Source: a virus
Lineage: Duplodnaviria > Caudoviricetes
Direction: 5' to 3' (one strand)
Virus record (IMG/VR): IMGVR_UViG_3300007987_000072
Coordinates: 1 to 26,612 of that record
Length of the DNA stretch: 26,612 bases
This document shows, piece by piece, positions 7,655 to 16,322 of this stretch (position 1 is the first letter of the stretch; the number at the start of each line of letters is the position of its first letter). Made by a program: the position numbers and the translations under genes. The notes beneath the pieces were generated by a model that saw only the letters and a list, made by a program, of their open reading frames with translations, did not search any database and was not told where the DNA came from.

Positions 7655-10600
7655 TTATCGATATAAATTTTGCACTTCCTCAATAGAATATTCTTTCATC
7701 TCTGCAAAATTTCCCCCTTCCTCTTTAGACTTAGATACTTCTATTTCTATTTCCATAGGAACAATAAACCATTTAAACTTATCAACTAGCGAGGTAACTA
7801 TTTTATTTATTCCTGTTGTATAGAATCCAAGTTCGTCTGTAGGAATATCAGCTAAAACAGAATCATGAATTTGTCCTATTAATTTTGTTTTCAGTTTATT
7901 TTTTCGTATAAACTTTTGAACTTCAATAAGCGTGTATACGAGCAGATGAAAACTTGTGCCTTGAATGGGAAAGTTGGTACATTGCTTTTTATCCATGTAT
8001 CCTACAAATCTAAATCCAAAGAACGTTTCTATGTATCCGTATTTCTGGTAAAAAGAAACAATGTCTTTCTTCCATTGTGTGTAATCAGGAAATCTCTCAT
8101 TCCACATTTTGTATTCAATTTCTTTACAGTGTTCAAGAAACGATCCCGGGCTTGGACCTTGTTTTGTCATTGTGCCAAGTTCGTAGATTCCCATATTATC
8201 AAGATGTTGCTTTACTGTAATACCGTTTGGCAATTTAAGTCCAGCATTTACAACATCATCCCATAAATTAGGTCCACATGATCCGAACCAATCTCCGTAG
8301 AATTGTGCAAATGTCCAGTCATTCTTTGCAAAAAATCTGATCATCTTTGCAAGCTTCTTTTGTTCATCTGTATAGGAAGAATCATTAAGCATTCCACTCG
8401 GCAACATCCAAAGATCTGAAGCTATATCACGATGCATATCAGTTGAAGGATCAACTAGGTAAGTATAAAAGTTTTTGTCCTTATGATAACAATTCTTCAG
8501 TATAACTCCTGCTGAAACAGCATAATTATGTATACCTTCAACATTTATATTGTATACATCTTCATACCCATAAAATTCAACAGACACAACTTTATGATTG
8601 TACTCATCTTTATATTCCTGTATAGACATATCATGAGAATTCAATAGATGTGTATTTGTACCCTTTTTAAAAGATTTACCGAATATTTTACAAACTTCAT
8701 TTTCTTTACTCTTCCAATATTCTTTTTTATTGTCAGATAATTTTTGTCTATGACTTTCAGTAAATTCACAGACAGTCATTCGCAAAGACATTGCTTTCTT
8801 CTGAGCATCAGTTTGTTTTACTGCTCGTTGAGGGCAGGGAATGCCTTTTATAGCTTTACTAATTTTTGCTTTGTGTTCATCAGAGTGAGGTCCAGTAACT
8901 TTTCCTTTATGATGAAGACTTGTATGGTCTTCTCTATTCATAGCTTCTAAATTAGATAGTTTGTTACTAAACCCTTTTTTATGATGTACTACTCTACTAC
9001 AGTGACTTCCACCAACATCTTCTTTAAGCACATCTATACCTATAAGAGTATGCTCACCTATTGATTTTCTATTATTAAGATTAACATAAATATAATTGCC
9101 TTTTTTCTTTTTATAGAAAGGCATTAGACTCATTCCAGGTTGTAGATTACGAAGCTCTACATATTTCCCTTCAGCTTTACTCCCGTAACGAATCATAAAT
9201 TTATGATTCGGCGTTGCTTTGATTACTTTTCCATTATCAAGAGTTACTTTCCAAACTTCTTTTTTTCTCCCTGTAATTCCACCATCTGTAACAGGTGCTA
9301 TTTTTATTCTCTTCTCTTTAAGATCGTATCCATAAACATATACTTTTTCCTTTTTTATTTTTTTGATTATTTGAAGTATAGTTTTTGATCCTTCAATAGT
9401 TTCAATTTCGGTGTCCCCGGTTACGCATACACTCGTTATTACCTCGGCACCGGAAAAGTCACATTCACAAATAACACAATTAGGAGAAGGTACAATTCCT
9501 TTTCTGATTAAATTTCCTACTTCAGGGTCACGTTTGGGCAGATTCTGAAAATTAGGCATACTCGAACTTGACCTATAGGAGACTGGTATATGCAGATCAA
9601 AAAATGGATGCATTTTACCGTTTACAGCTTCTCTTGCAAATTGTCCTAAATATGTCCCTTTAGCTTTTTCAAGACGTTTCATTTCTTGTAACTTATCAAC
9701 AAATGGTAAATTGAGAGTTAAAAGAGTATCTTTATCTGTCTTGTAGTTTTTATTAGATGCATCAGTATAAATGGGACTTTTGCCTAGAACTTCATAGAAT
9801 AGTTTGCCAAGATCCTGATTTGATGTGAGAGAAATAGTTCTTCCAAATATCTCTTTGAATTTGCGCGCCTCTCGTCCAGCAGTGAGATATTCTTTTAACT
9901 CTTCTATTCTTTTTGAAAGTTCAATTTTTGTTCTTTTGTAATAAGTCATATCAACATTAATGCCATTATGTTGTATTGTACTCATTACATGCAGTCCTTT
10001 CATAAAGAACCCATAAGCCCTTGAGAGTCCTTTCATTCCTGCAAGTTTTGCTTTTTGATCTTCATAACGCATCCATCCAAATATACAGTCAAGTCCATTA
10101 TAGATTAAAAGCTCTTTAAATGGTGCTTGCTCAACCGTATTAAATTCTCCATTTTTTGATTTTAAATAAGGAGAAATAATTTTATCATAAGGACGTACAC
10201 CGTAATTTACATAAGTTTGAAATTTTAATCCCGTAGATTTAGATCGATTATCGATGATGTGTTCAGACATCATAGGATCCCATAACCATCCCATAGGTCT
10301 TGCGTCAGCTCTAACCCTTGACCAGGCATCTTCGAATTTATAATTATGGGCTAGTTTCTTAATTCCTTTGTCAAGAAGAATAGTTTTCCACAATTCGCGT
10401 ATGTCTTCAAATTCACTTAGAGTCCAAAATGATTTATAAGCATATGGAAATGCCCAAGCTTTTGTAGAAGATATTGCAATACCTATTGATACGATTTTAT
10501 GTCCAGGATGATAAGGTTTAAGTCCTGTAGTCTCGTAATCAAACATGATCGCTTGTTTTTGCTGTATAATGCGCTCTAAAATGCGTTTTACGCTTTGAAA

Positions 10601-11260
10601 GTCTTTGAGTATAGTAACATACTGTTCATAGTCTTTTTGTTCTGTATACTGCAAATTTAGAGTAGCAACAGCTCTTTTTATGTCACGCTTGAAAGTACTT
10701 TTCAGATTATAATCGAATTCATTTTTTATTACTTGAACAGGATTGAATGTAGGAACTATCCAACACTTATATTTTGAATCTGGAATTCTATAAGCTCTCC
10801 ATCTATTTACTGAACGATCAGAAAATTCATCTCCAAGAAGTGATTCAATTGCAATAGAACCTAAAAGAATAATTAATTTAGGCTTCAATGTAAGTATTGT
10901 TTTCTCTACCATGGGATTGCAATACTTTATATTCTTCTTTGTAGGTACTCCTGTTTCAGGTCTGCAATTAACAGCATTTATTTTCCAACAATCTCTTGAG
11001 ATTGATACATTTGATTCTCTAAGCTCTTCCTTGAGAACTTCTCCTGATTCACCTACAAATTGTACTCCATATTCATCTTCTGTCGAAGTAGGAAATTCTC
11101 CGATTATTAAGATTTTCTTTTTGCCTTCTCCAGAAACTGTCATTTTAGGAGATTGACAGTTTTTATATAATCCACAGGAAACGCAATCTGCTTCCATTTG
11201 TGAAGGATCGACCCTGATCGTAGTATTTTTTGCCAATTCTCCTGCTGAGAAAAATCCCAT
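7655..11260 (-). CDS. polA: Family A DNA polymerase with N-terminal UDG family-4-like domain, 3'-5' exonuclease and an intein (spliced product about 889 aa)
   Basis: UDG-like CxxC, GEFP...FVGESG, NAVNCRP; exonuclease motifs FDYETTG, HNYKFED, YNGLD; polymerase motifs RSSSSMPNFQN, DFSGAE (A), RFFAK...FYG (B), NFPIQG, QIHDS (C). Confidence 0.95.
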   Translation of the reverse strand: MGFFSAGELAKNTTIRVDPSQMEADCVSCGLYKNCQSPKMTVSGEGKKKILIIGEFPTSTEDEYGVQFVGESGEVLKEELRESNVSISRDCWKINAVNCRPETGVPTKKNIKYCNPMVEKTILTLKPKLIILLGSIAIESLLGDEFSDRSVNRWRAYRIPDSKYKCWIVPTFNPVQVIKNEFDYNLKSTFKRDIKRAVATLNLQYTEQKDYEQYVTILKDFQSVKRILERIIQQKQAIMFDYETTGLKPYHPGHKIVSIGIAISSTKAWAFPYAYKSFWTLSEFEDIRELWKTILLDKGIKKLAHNYKFEDAWSRVRADARPMGWLWDPMMSEHIIDNRSKSTGLKFQTYVNYGVRPYDKIISPYLKSKNGEFNTVEQAPFKELLIYNGLDCIFGWMRYEDQKAKLAGMKGLSRAYGFFMKGLHVMSTIQHNGINVDMTYYKRTKIELSKRIEELKEYLTAGREARKFKEIFGRTISLTSNQDLGKLFYEVLGKSPIYTDASNKNYKTDKDTLLTLNLPFVDKLQEMKRLEKAKGTYLGQFAREAVNGKMHPFFDLHIPVSYRSSSSMPNFQNLPKRDPEVGNLIRKGIVPSPNCVICECDFSGAEVITSVCVTGDTEIETIEGSKTILQIIKKIKKEKVYVYGYDLKEKRIKIAPVTDGGITGRKKEVWKVTLDNGKVIKATPNHKFMIRYGSKAEGKYVELRNLQPGMSLMPFYKKKKGNYIYVNLNNRKSIGEHTLIGIDVLKEDVGGSHCSRVVHHKKGFSNKLSNLEAMNREDHTSLHHKGKVTGPHSDEHKAKISKAIKGIPCPQRAVKQTDAQKKAMSLRMTVCEFTESHRQKLSDNKKEYWKSKENEVCKIFGKSFKKGTNTHLLNSHDMSIQEYKDEYNHKVVSVEFYGYEDVYNINVEGIHNYAVSAGVILKNCYHKDKNFYTYLVDPSTDMHRDIASDLWMLPSGMLNDSSYTDEQKKLAKMIRFFAKNDWTFAQFYGDWFGSCGPNLWDDVVNAGLKLPNGITVKQHLDNMGIYELGTMTKQGPSPGSFLEHCKEIEYKMWNERFPDYTQWKKDIVSFYQKYGYIETFFGFRFVGYMDKKQCTNFPIQGTSFHLLVYTLIEVQKFIRKNKLKTKLIGQIHDSVLADIPTDELGFYTTGINKIVTSLVDKFKWFIVPMEIEIEVSKSKEEGGNFAEMKEYSIEEVQNLYR
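8492..9427 (-). mobile_element. Intein in PolA (312 aa) carrying an HNH endonuclease and NUMOD3-like repeats
   Basis: Begins CVTGDT just after motif A, has block B ATPNHKF and block F DVYNINV, ends LKN followed by Cys+1. Internal VHH...NL...H and HSDEHKAKISKA motifs. Confidence 0.9.
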
Positions 11261-11263
11261 TAT

Positions 11264-12250
11264 TTAACACCCCATTGCTGTTATTATTGTGATTTTACTT
11301 GTTTTCACTACAATTTTATCTTTCGATACTCCTAAATTTGTATTTGTGTCAGTCAGTACCTTTAATGTTTTACTGTCAATTGAAAATGATAATTCTCCAT
11401 CATAATCAATGTCCATAGAAGAGCTTATTGACCCGGAACTCACAATATTTTTAACGTATAACTTTCTATTTTTTACATCAAATTTCAATGTATTATCGTA
11501 TATATCCCCTCCTTCAAAAAGTTTTTCTGATACATCAGCAATCTTTCCTAATACCTCCATATCCATTTCTATAAATCTATCGCATTTAACATTCAAAATA
11601 TCAGAAAAATCAGGGTATTCCCCACTTACTGTTGGCAATGACACAATGACTCCTTCAGAATTTTTAAATAATACGTAGTTTTTTATACTTTTAAAATGTG
11701 TAGGATTAATTGCTAATGCGCCGATCAATGATTGCTTATTTAAAAGACAATCACAAAATTTTCCATCAAATTTTACTACTGACACTGATATATTGTTTGA
11801 TGTCGTAATTTGATTATCTTTGAAATTGAAGCAGGTGAGTGTTCCGTGAACTGCATTTTCAGATACAGTTTTTGAACATATATTTATAGAACTTTCAAAT
11901 TCATTTGGAATATCAATCCAATCTTCTTTTTCTGAAAGTGTTTTTAATCGCTTAAATACCGAAAATAATGATGTATCTGTTTCTGTATACGGTAATTTTA
12001 TTTTAATTTTACCATAATTTATTTCTAATTCTTTTTCTTTAAACACGCAATCCGAATCACTGAGAACATTTAATGTACCCTTTAAGGATTTTGTATCTAC
12101 AGAACATTTTGTTTTTGTCCTGTAAGGAAAATAAGAAACAAGTGATTGATATGAAGCCCACACTCCATTGTTCCCTATAAATACAGAATGATTAATAGGC
12201 GTTCCTGAATATACTGAACTAAACATTGACATTATTTCTGGTAGATTCAT
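11264..12250 (-). CDS. dnaN: Sliding clamp, DNA Pol III beta (DnaN)-like
   Basis: 328 aa with alternating beta/alpha pattern, the DnaN-like linker GEYPDFSDIL and CSKTVS...LT segment; directly upstream of polA. Confidence 0.72.
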   Translation of the reverse strand: MNLPEIMSMFSSVYSGTPINHSVFIGNNGVWASYQSLVSYFPYRTKTKCSVDTKSLKGTLNVLSDSDCVFKEKELEINYGKIKIKLPYTETDTSLFSVFKRLKTLSEKEDWIDIPNEFESSINICSKTVSENAVHGTLTCFNFKDNQITTSNNISVSVVKFDGKFCDCLLNKQSLIGALAINPTHFKSIKNYVLFKNSEGVIVSLPTVSGEYPDFSDILNVKCDRFIEMDMEVLGKIADVSEKLFEGGDIYDNTLKFDVKNRKLYVKNIVSSGSISSSMDIDYDGELSFSIDSKTLKVLTDTNTNLGVSKDKIVVKTSKITIITAMGC

Positions 12251-12261
12251 ACAATCCTCTA

Positions 12262-13242
12262 TTATTTTTTGACAATTATTACGTATTCATGTTGTTTAGG
12301 CAATATACGTGTTTTTACAATCCATCTAACAAATGCTTTATTAGGAGTATTTTTTAGATCAACAATATAAATGTTAAATGGATCAAATCCTGATTTGATA
12401 AGAACATTGTAAGTATCTATATGATAGGGGTAAAATTTCCCATTTTTTCTGAAGTCATTAATAAACCAACAACAAAAAGATCCCGGTTTTAATACCCTAT
12501 AATTCTCATTTGCACATAATTGAAGACCGGAAAGAAATTCTTCGTATGTTTTACCTATTCCGAGTTGTTCAGGTTCGGGACCATAATTCTCTATATCCCA
12601 ATATGGTGGACTTGTGATTGTAAAATCATAAGAATTAGATTTTAGTTGAGGTAGATCTGTTGAAGAACCTTCAATCAGCTCTATTGATTGTTCTGTTTTT
12701 AAAAGAGTTCTTTGCTTCCTCTCAAGTAAAAAATTTCTTATTTTTCTATTTCCTTCCATAAATTCTTTGCATATGTCAACTCCTGTGTAATTATGTCCTA
12801 AAGAGAAACATAATTCCATTCTTGAATTGTGTCCTGCAAATGGATCATAAACAGAACAATTATCAGGAGCGTACAATCCAATAATTATTCTGCCTACATT
12901 CATTGGAAATGTTGAAAGATAATTTTTTCTATCCCTTGCAACAAACCCTGTTTTTGAAAAAGAAGATAAAGACCCATCACTGAATTTTTCTTTATTCTTA
13001 TGTTGACTTTCTGCGTATCCTCCTCCTCTTTGCATTCTGGATAAATCAGTATGCTTTATTTTCATATCATAACGTAAAATAGAACAGACATCTTTTCCAT
13101 ACTTTTGTACAAACTCATCTCTAAATTCTCTTGAGACTCGTAAATTTTTTGGTGAAATGGTCGTGTCAAAACCTGCTTCTAGCGCATCCTGCGATATAAG
13201 TCCCTTCAGTTTATTGGAAGTATTCTTTATTTTCATAAGCAT
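12262..13242 (-). CDS. Amino-DNA methyltransferase (N4-C or N6-A)
   Basis: STFP, SAM-binding motif YDPFAG followed by catalytic TSPPY, then RVLKPG and HEYV. Confidence 0.88.
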   Translation of the reverse strand: MLMKIKNTSNKLKGLISQDALEAGFDTTISPKNLRVSREFRDEFVQKYGKDVCSILRYDMKIKHTDLSRMQRGGGYAESQHKNKEKFSDGSLSSFSKTGFVARDRKNYLSTFPMNVGRIIIGLYAPDNCSVYDPFAGHNSRMELCFSLGHNYTGVDICKEFMEGNRKIRNFLLERKQRTLLKTEQSIELIEGSSTDLPQLKSNSYDFTITSPPYWDIENYGPEPEQLGIGKTYEEFLSGLQLCANENYRVLKPGSFCCWFINDFRKNGKFYPYHIDTYNVLIKSGFDPFNIYIVDLKNTPNKAFVRWIVKTRILPKQHEYVIIVKK

Positions 13243-13247
13243 TACCT

Positions 13248-13282
13248 AAAAAGAAGTGGGTAAATTATTTACTCACTTCTTT
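13248..13282 (-). terminator. Intrinsic terminator-like hairpin after the H1-like gene
   Basis: AAAGAAGTGGGTAAA / TTTACTCACTTCTTT inverted repeat (one mismatch) with a T-run on the minus strand. Confidence 0.7.
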
Positions 13283-13305
13283 ATATGATTTATATTAAAA
13301 ATCAA

Positions 13306-13938
13306 TTACTTAGATTTTTTTGCGGATGTTTTTGCTGCGGATGTTTTTGGAGCTGCTTTTGCTTTTGCAGATGTGGTACTTGGTTTTGCATCTGACCCTA
13401 TAACATAAAAGACACCATCATCAGTTTTTGCAAAAACATCAGTTTTTCTTTTAAATAACTCATAATAGGTATTGCCCATTTCTTTCTTAATTTCACCCAT
13501 TTTCATTGCTTTTGTTGAAAGAAGTTCTGCAAGTTTGCTATTATTCGAACCCACTATAAATCCGAATTCATCTTTTTCTTTTGTAGATGTTTTTGGAGCT
13601 GCTTTTGCTTTTGTATCTGCTTTTGCTTTTGTATCTGCTTTTGCTTTTTTCTTGGGTGTGGCTTTTGACTCAGCTTTTACTTTTCCCTGTACTTCAGTTT
13701 CGTCCTCATCTTCATTTGTATCAACGATGTATTTATTATAAACATTGATTGCTGAATCTGGAAGATTCTCAACATTATCATTTTCGATGTAATCAAGAAC
13801 TTTATTGGTGAAGTCCCTGACGATATCATCTTTTTTCGCACCTACCATTTTTATTGTGGGCTCACCTGCTTTTTTCAAAACAGCATTTAGAGCTTTAACA
13901 GCTTCTTTAAATTCTTGTGCGTCCATTTTCTTTGCCAT
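13306..13938 (-). CDS. Histone H1-like Lys/Ala-rich DNA-binding protein
   Basis: KAKADT and AKAKAAPKTS repeats flank a compact domain (KDEFGFIVGS...YYELFK). Has its own promoter, RBS GGGAGG and terminator. Confidence 0.65.
   Translation of the reverse strand: MAKKMDAQEFKEAVKALNAVLKKAGEPTIKMVGAKKDDIVRDFTNKVLDYIENDNVENLPDSAINVYNKYIVDTNEDEDETEVQGKVKAESKATPKKKAKADTKAKADTKAKAAPKTSTKEKDEFGFIVGSNNSKLAELLSTKAMKMGEIKKEMGNTYYELFKRKTDVFAKTDDGVFYVIGSDAKPSTTSAKAKAAPKTSAAKTSAKKSK
13340..13648. repeat. Coding repeats in the H1-like gene
   Basis: 28-bp exact direct repeat at 13340-13367 and 13586-13613, plus tandem 18-bp units encoding KAKADT. Confidence 0.75.
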
Positions 13939-14001
13939 TGTTCTGCCCTCCCGAGCTTAGTTAGTTAGCTGTTTGAGCAATACGCTCAAATTGTTATTAA
14001 G

Positions 14002-14030
14002 AACTTATTAAGTTATACATAAAAAGTCAA
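14002..14030 (-). promoter_or_regulatory. Sigma70-type promoter for the H1-like gene
   Basis: TTGACT-N17-TAAGTT. The -10 lies within the palindrome AACTTA-T-TAAGTT; a hairpin TTTGAGC/GCTCAAA (13972-13990) follows near the predicted 5' end. Confidence 0.55.
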
Positions 14031-14108
14031 TAAAAATAACTTAAAAAAGTGAATATTATTGAAAATAATATAAACCCTTGTGATTATAAATGGTTATAGA
14101 TTAATTTG

Positions 14109-14405
14109 TTATTCATCTTCCTCTTCTTCCATTAAAGCTGCCCACTCTTCGTCATCCATTTCCTCTTCATCATCGATTTCTTCTTCTTCTGGAGTTTCAT
14201 CTTTACTAGGAATATATTTTCTTTCCAGTCCTTTTTCATTTCCAAATCTGAAAGGATAAAGAGCGCAAGTGTAAGCGGTGCATTTTACAACTTCTCCTGA
14301 TTGCCATCCACTGCAATCCATACAGTGCATTCGAATAGCTTTTGCTTTCGTTATAACTCTTGTCTCTGTCCCTTCTTTTATAATATAGGTATGTTTGATC
14401 GACAT
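14109..14405 (-). CDS. Hypothetical four-Cys protein with acidic tail
   Basis: KAIRMHCMDC...EVVKC...CALYPFR followed by a D/E-rich tail. Confidence 0.75.
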   Translation of the reverse strand: MSIKHTYIIKEGTETRVITKAKAIRMHCMDCSGWQSGEVVKCTAYTCALYPFRFGNEKGLERKYIPSKDETPEEEEIDDEEEMDDEEWAALMEEEEDE

Positions 14406-14406
14406 T

Positions 14407-14601
14407 TTAAAATCCTGTTTTGAGTTTAAAAAGTTTGATGGATAAGAATAGAATAGTTTTACCCGCCCAATTTTTAGCGTCTTCTAATTTATTAATTTTC
14501 TTTTGATACTTGGACATTTTCATATCAATATATTTTAGAGAGTATTCCGCAGCCTGTATTCTCTGCTCAATCTCTGAAATCTGCTCCTCATGCGAAGTCA
14601 T
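14407..14601 (-). CDS. Small coiled-coil hypothetical protein
   Basis: Heptad pattern; RBS AGGAG. Confidence 0.65.
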   Translation of the reverse strand: MTSHEEQISEIEQRIQAAEYSLKYIDMKMSKYQKKINKLEDAKNWAGKTILFLSIKLFKLKTGF

Positions 14602-14801
14602 TTTTAATTCTCCTAACGAATAGATTTACTTACAGACTTTGATACTTTCAAGAACATCTATAACAGATTTGAAGTGCATTGTTATTCATGCTATTTCTAT
14701 ATTGAATTATACGCTGTATGTGCTGTTAATTTGATATTTGCAGTATAACGCTTACGCTGATATGTACAACATAAAAATATCAAAAAACGATCTTTATAAG
14801 C

Positions 14802-16322
14802 TTAATTTTTATAATAACTATCTAAGTAAGCTTGACCAGCTTTCAAGTCTTGTAAAACTGTACACATTTTTCCTGGAATGTAATGCTGTGATCGAGCTTC
14901 AGTTATTCCGTACTTAATTATTCCTAATTCTTTTTCTTCAGCAGTTTGATTTATTCCTACCATAAGATTAACATGTTGATTCTTTCCATAATAACCACCT
15001 TGATGAGTTGAATCAAGTAATTCTGCTTTATGTCCCTCTTTGTTTGCTTGAGTAGCAGTTATGACAAGAGCGTTAAATTCGCCTGCCATTCTAGCAAGTA
15101 ATTTCCATGCTTCATCAACCTTTCGATAATCTTCAAATGACGTTTTTGAACTAATGTCCAAGATATCAATGTAATCAATAATAAAAATGTCGGGTATAAA
15201 TCCATCTTTTTGATTTAATATCTCTAAATCGCGCATCATCTTATCGTATGTTAGAGTGTATTTTTTATGAACTGATAATCTCCCATATTTATTTAAAATT
15301 TCACCAATACCATTCCCTCTTCTTGCTCCTTCAACTTCTTTACGAATTGTGAAGATATCATCCTGTTTTCTGAATATCAAATCTTGATATACTGTCATCT
15401 CATAATCATGACGCCCGCCTCTCATGCATTTAGTACAGACTTTGTGAGAAGGATCTTCGATGAATTCATCACCGTCAAGAATAATAACTCCAGATTCCCT
15501 ATCAGTACAATCTCCTGTTTGATTCTTTTTACAATCAAATACAGGAAAAGGATATGTCCCTTCTTCATCAACCATAGGAATAAACGATTTCATGATTCGA
15601 GGAACAATTTCTGTTTTAGTCATTTCAATTGACCAAAACAATGTTTTCTTTCTACTAAGAATTCCATGCTTATAACAATCTACAAGTGACCAGGATTTTC
15701 CTCTTTTTGCAGGAGCGTAATAACCAATGACATCTCCTCTTTTATAACTTCCTAGATATCTACCAAGATCTCCAGGGAGATTAAAAAAGTTTTTATCGTC
15801 TTCATCTCTTTGTTTGTAAATTTCTGTTAAGGTATCTATATCACCAAGATTTAGAATTACTCCAGAATCAATATCTAATGAAACTTTTGTGAAACGCTCT
15901 ATTTCTTTTTCAGCCTCATCATAATCACCTTTTTCTTTCAGAACAGAAACATTGTTTACAACAATCTCCAATTCTCTTTTTCTAAAATAATCAAGAGCTG
16001 AATCCCTAAGAAAGTCAACATTTATTGAACCTTCATCGTATTGCTCAGATAACATCTTGAGCAAATCGCCTATAAGTTCTGAATCTGATTCTTTCAGATT
16101 ATGTGATTCTGATTCATAAATATCACCTATATGTTTAAATGGAGCTTTTTCGTGTTCTTCATAAAATGCAATGCACCATTCAGATACTGTCCTAAGATAT
16201 GAATTGGTAAAATAGTCAAGCTGAAGAACTGATTTTATTTCATCTATGAATTTTGTAGATGTTATTAATCCTGTAGCAATTCGTTTTTCTTCTGTCACTG
16301 ATACTGATCTTTCAGTAATCAT
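14802..16322 (-). CDS. dnaB: DnaB-like replicative helicase with a Cys-rich insertion
   Basis: H1 APAKRGKS, H1a FWSIEM, H2 FIIDYIDIL, H3 VITATQANK; ATGA overlap with the initiator gene. Confidence 0.87.
   Translation of the reverse strand: MITERSVSVTEEKRIATGLITSTKFIDEIKSVLQLDYFTNSYLRTVSEWCIAFYEEHEKAPFKHIGDIYESESHNLKESDSELIGDLLKMLSEQYDEGSINVDFLRDSALDYFRKRELEIVVNNVSVLKEKGDYDEAEKEIERFTKVSLDIDSGVILNLGDIDTLTEIYKQRDEDDKNFFNLPGDLGRYLGSYKRGDVIGYYAPAKRGKSWSLVDCYKHGILSRKKTLFWSIEMTKTEIVPRIMKSFIPMVDEEGTYPFPVFDCKKNQTGDCTDRESGVIILDGDEFIEDPSHKVCTKCMRGGRHDYEMTVYQDLIFRKQDDIFTIRKEVEGARRGNGIGEILNKYGRLSVHKKYTLTYDKMMRDLEILNQKDGFIPDIFIIDYIDILDISSKTSFEDYRKVDEAWKLLARMAGEFNALVITATQANKEGHKAELLDSTHQGGYYGKNQHVNLMVGINQTAEEKELGIIKYGITEARSQHYIPGKMCTVLQDLKAGQAYLDSYYKN

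Noticed and set aside
12262-13242. Restriction-modification system
   Set aside because: No adjacent restriction endonuclease; the neighbours are the clamp and H1-like genes.
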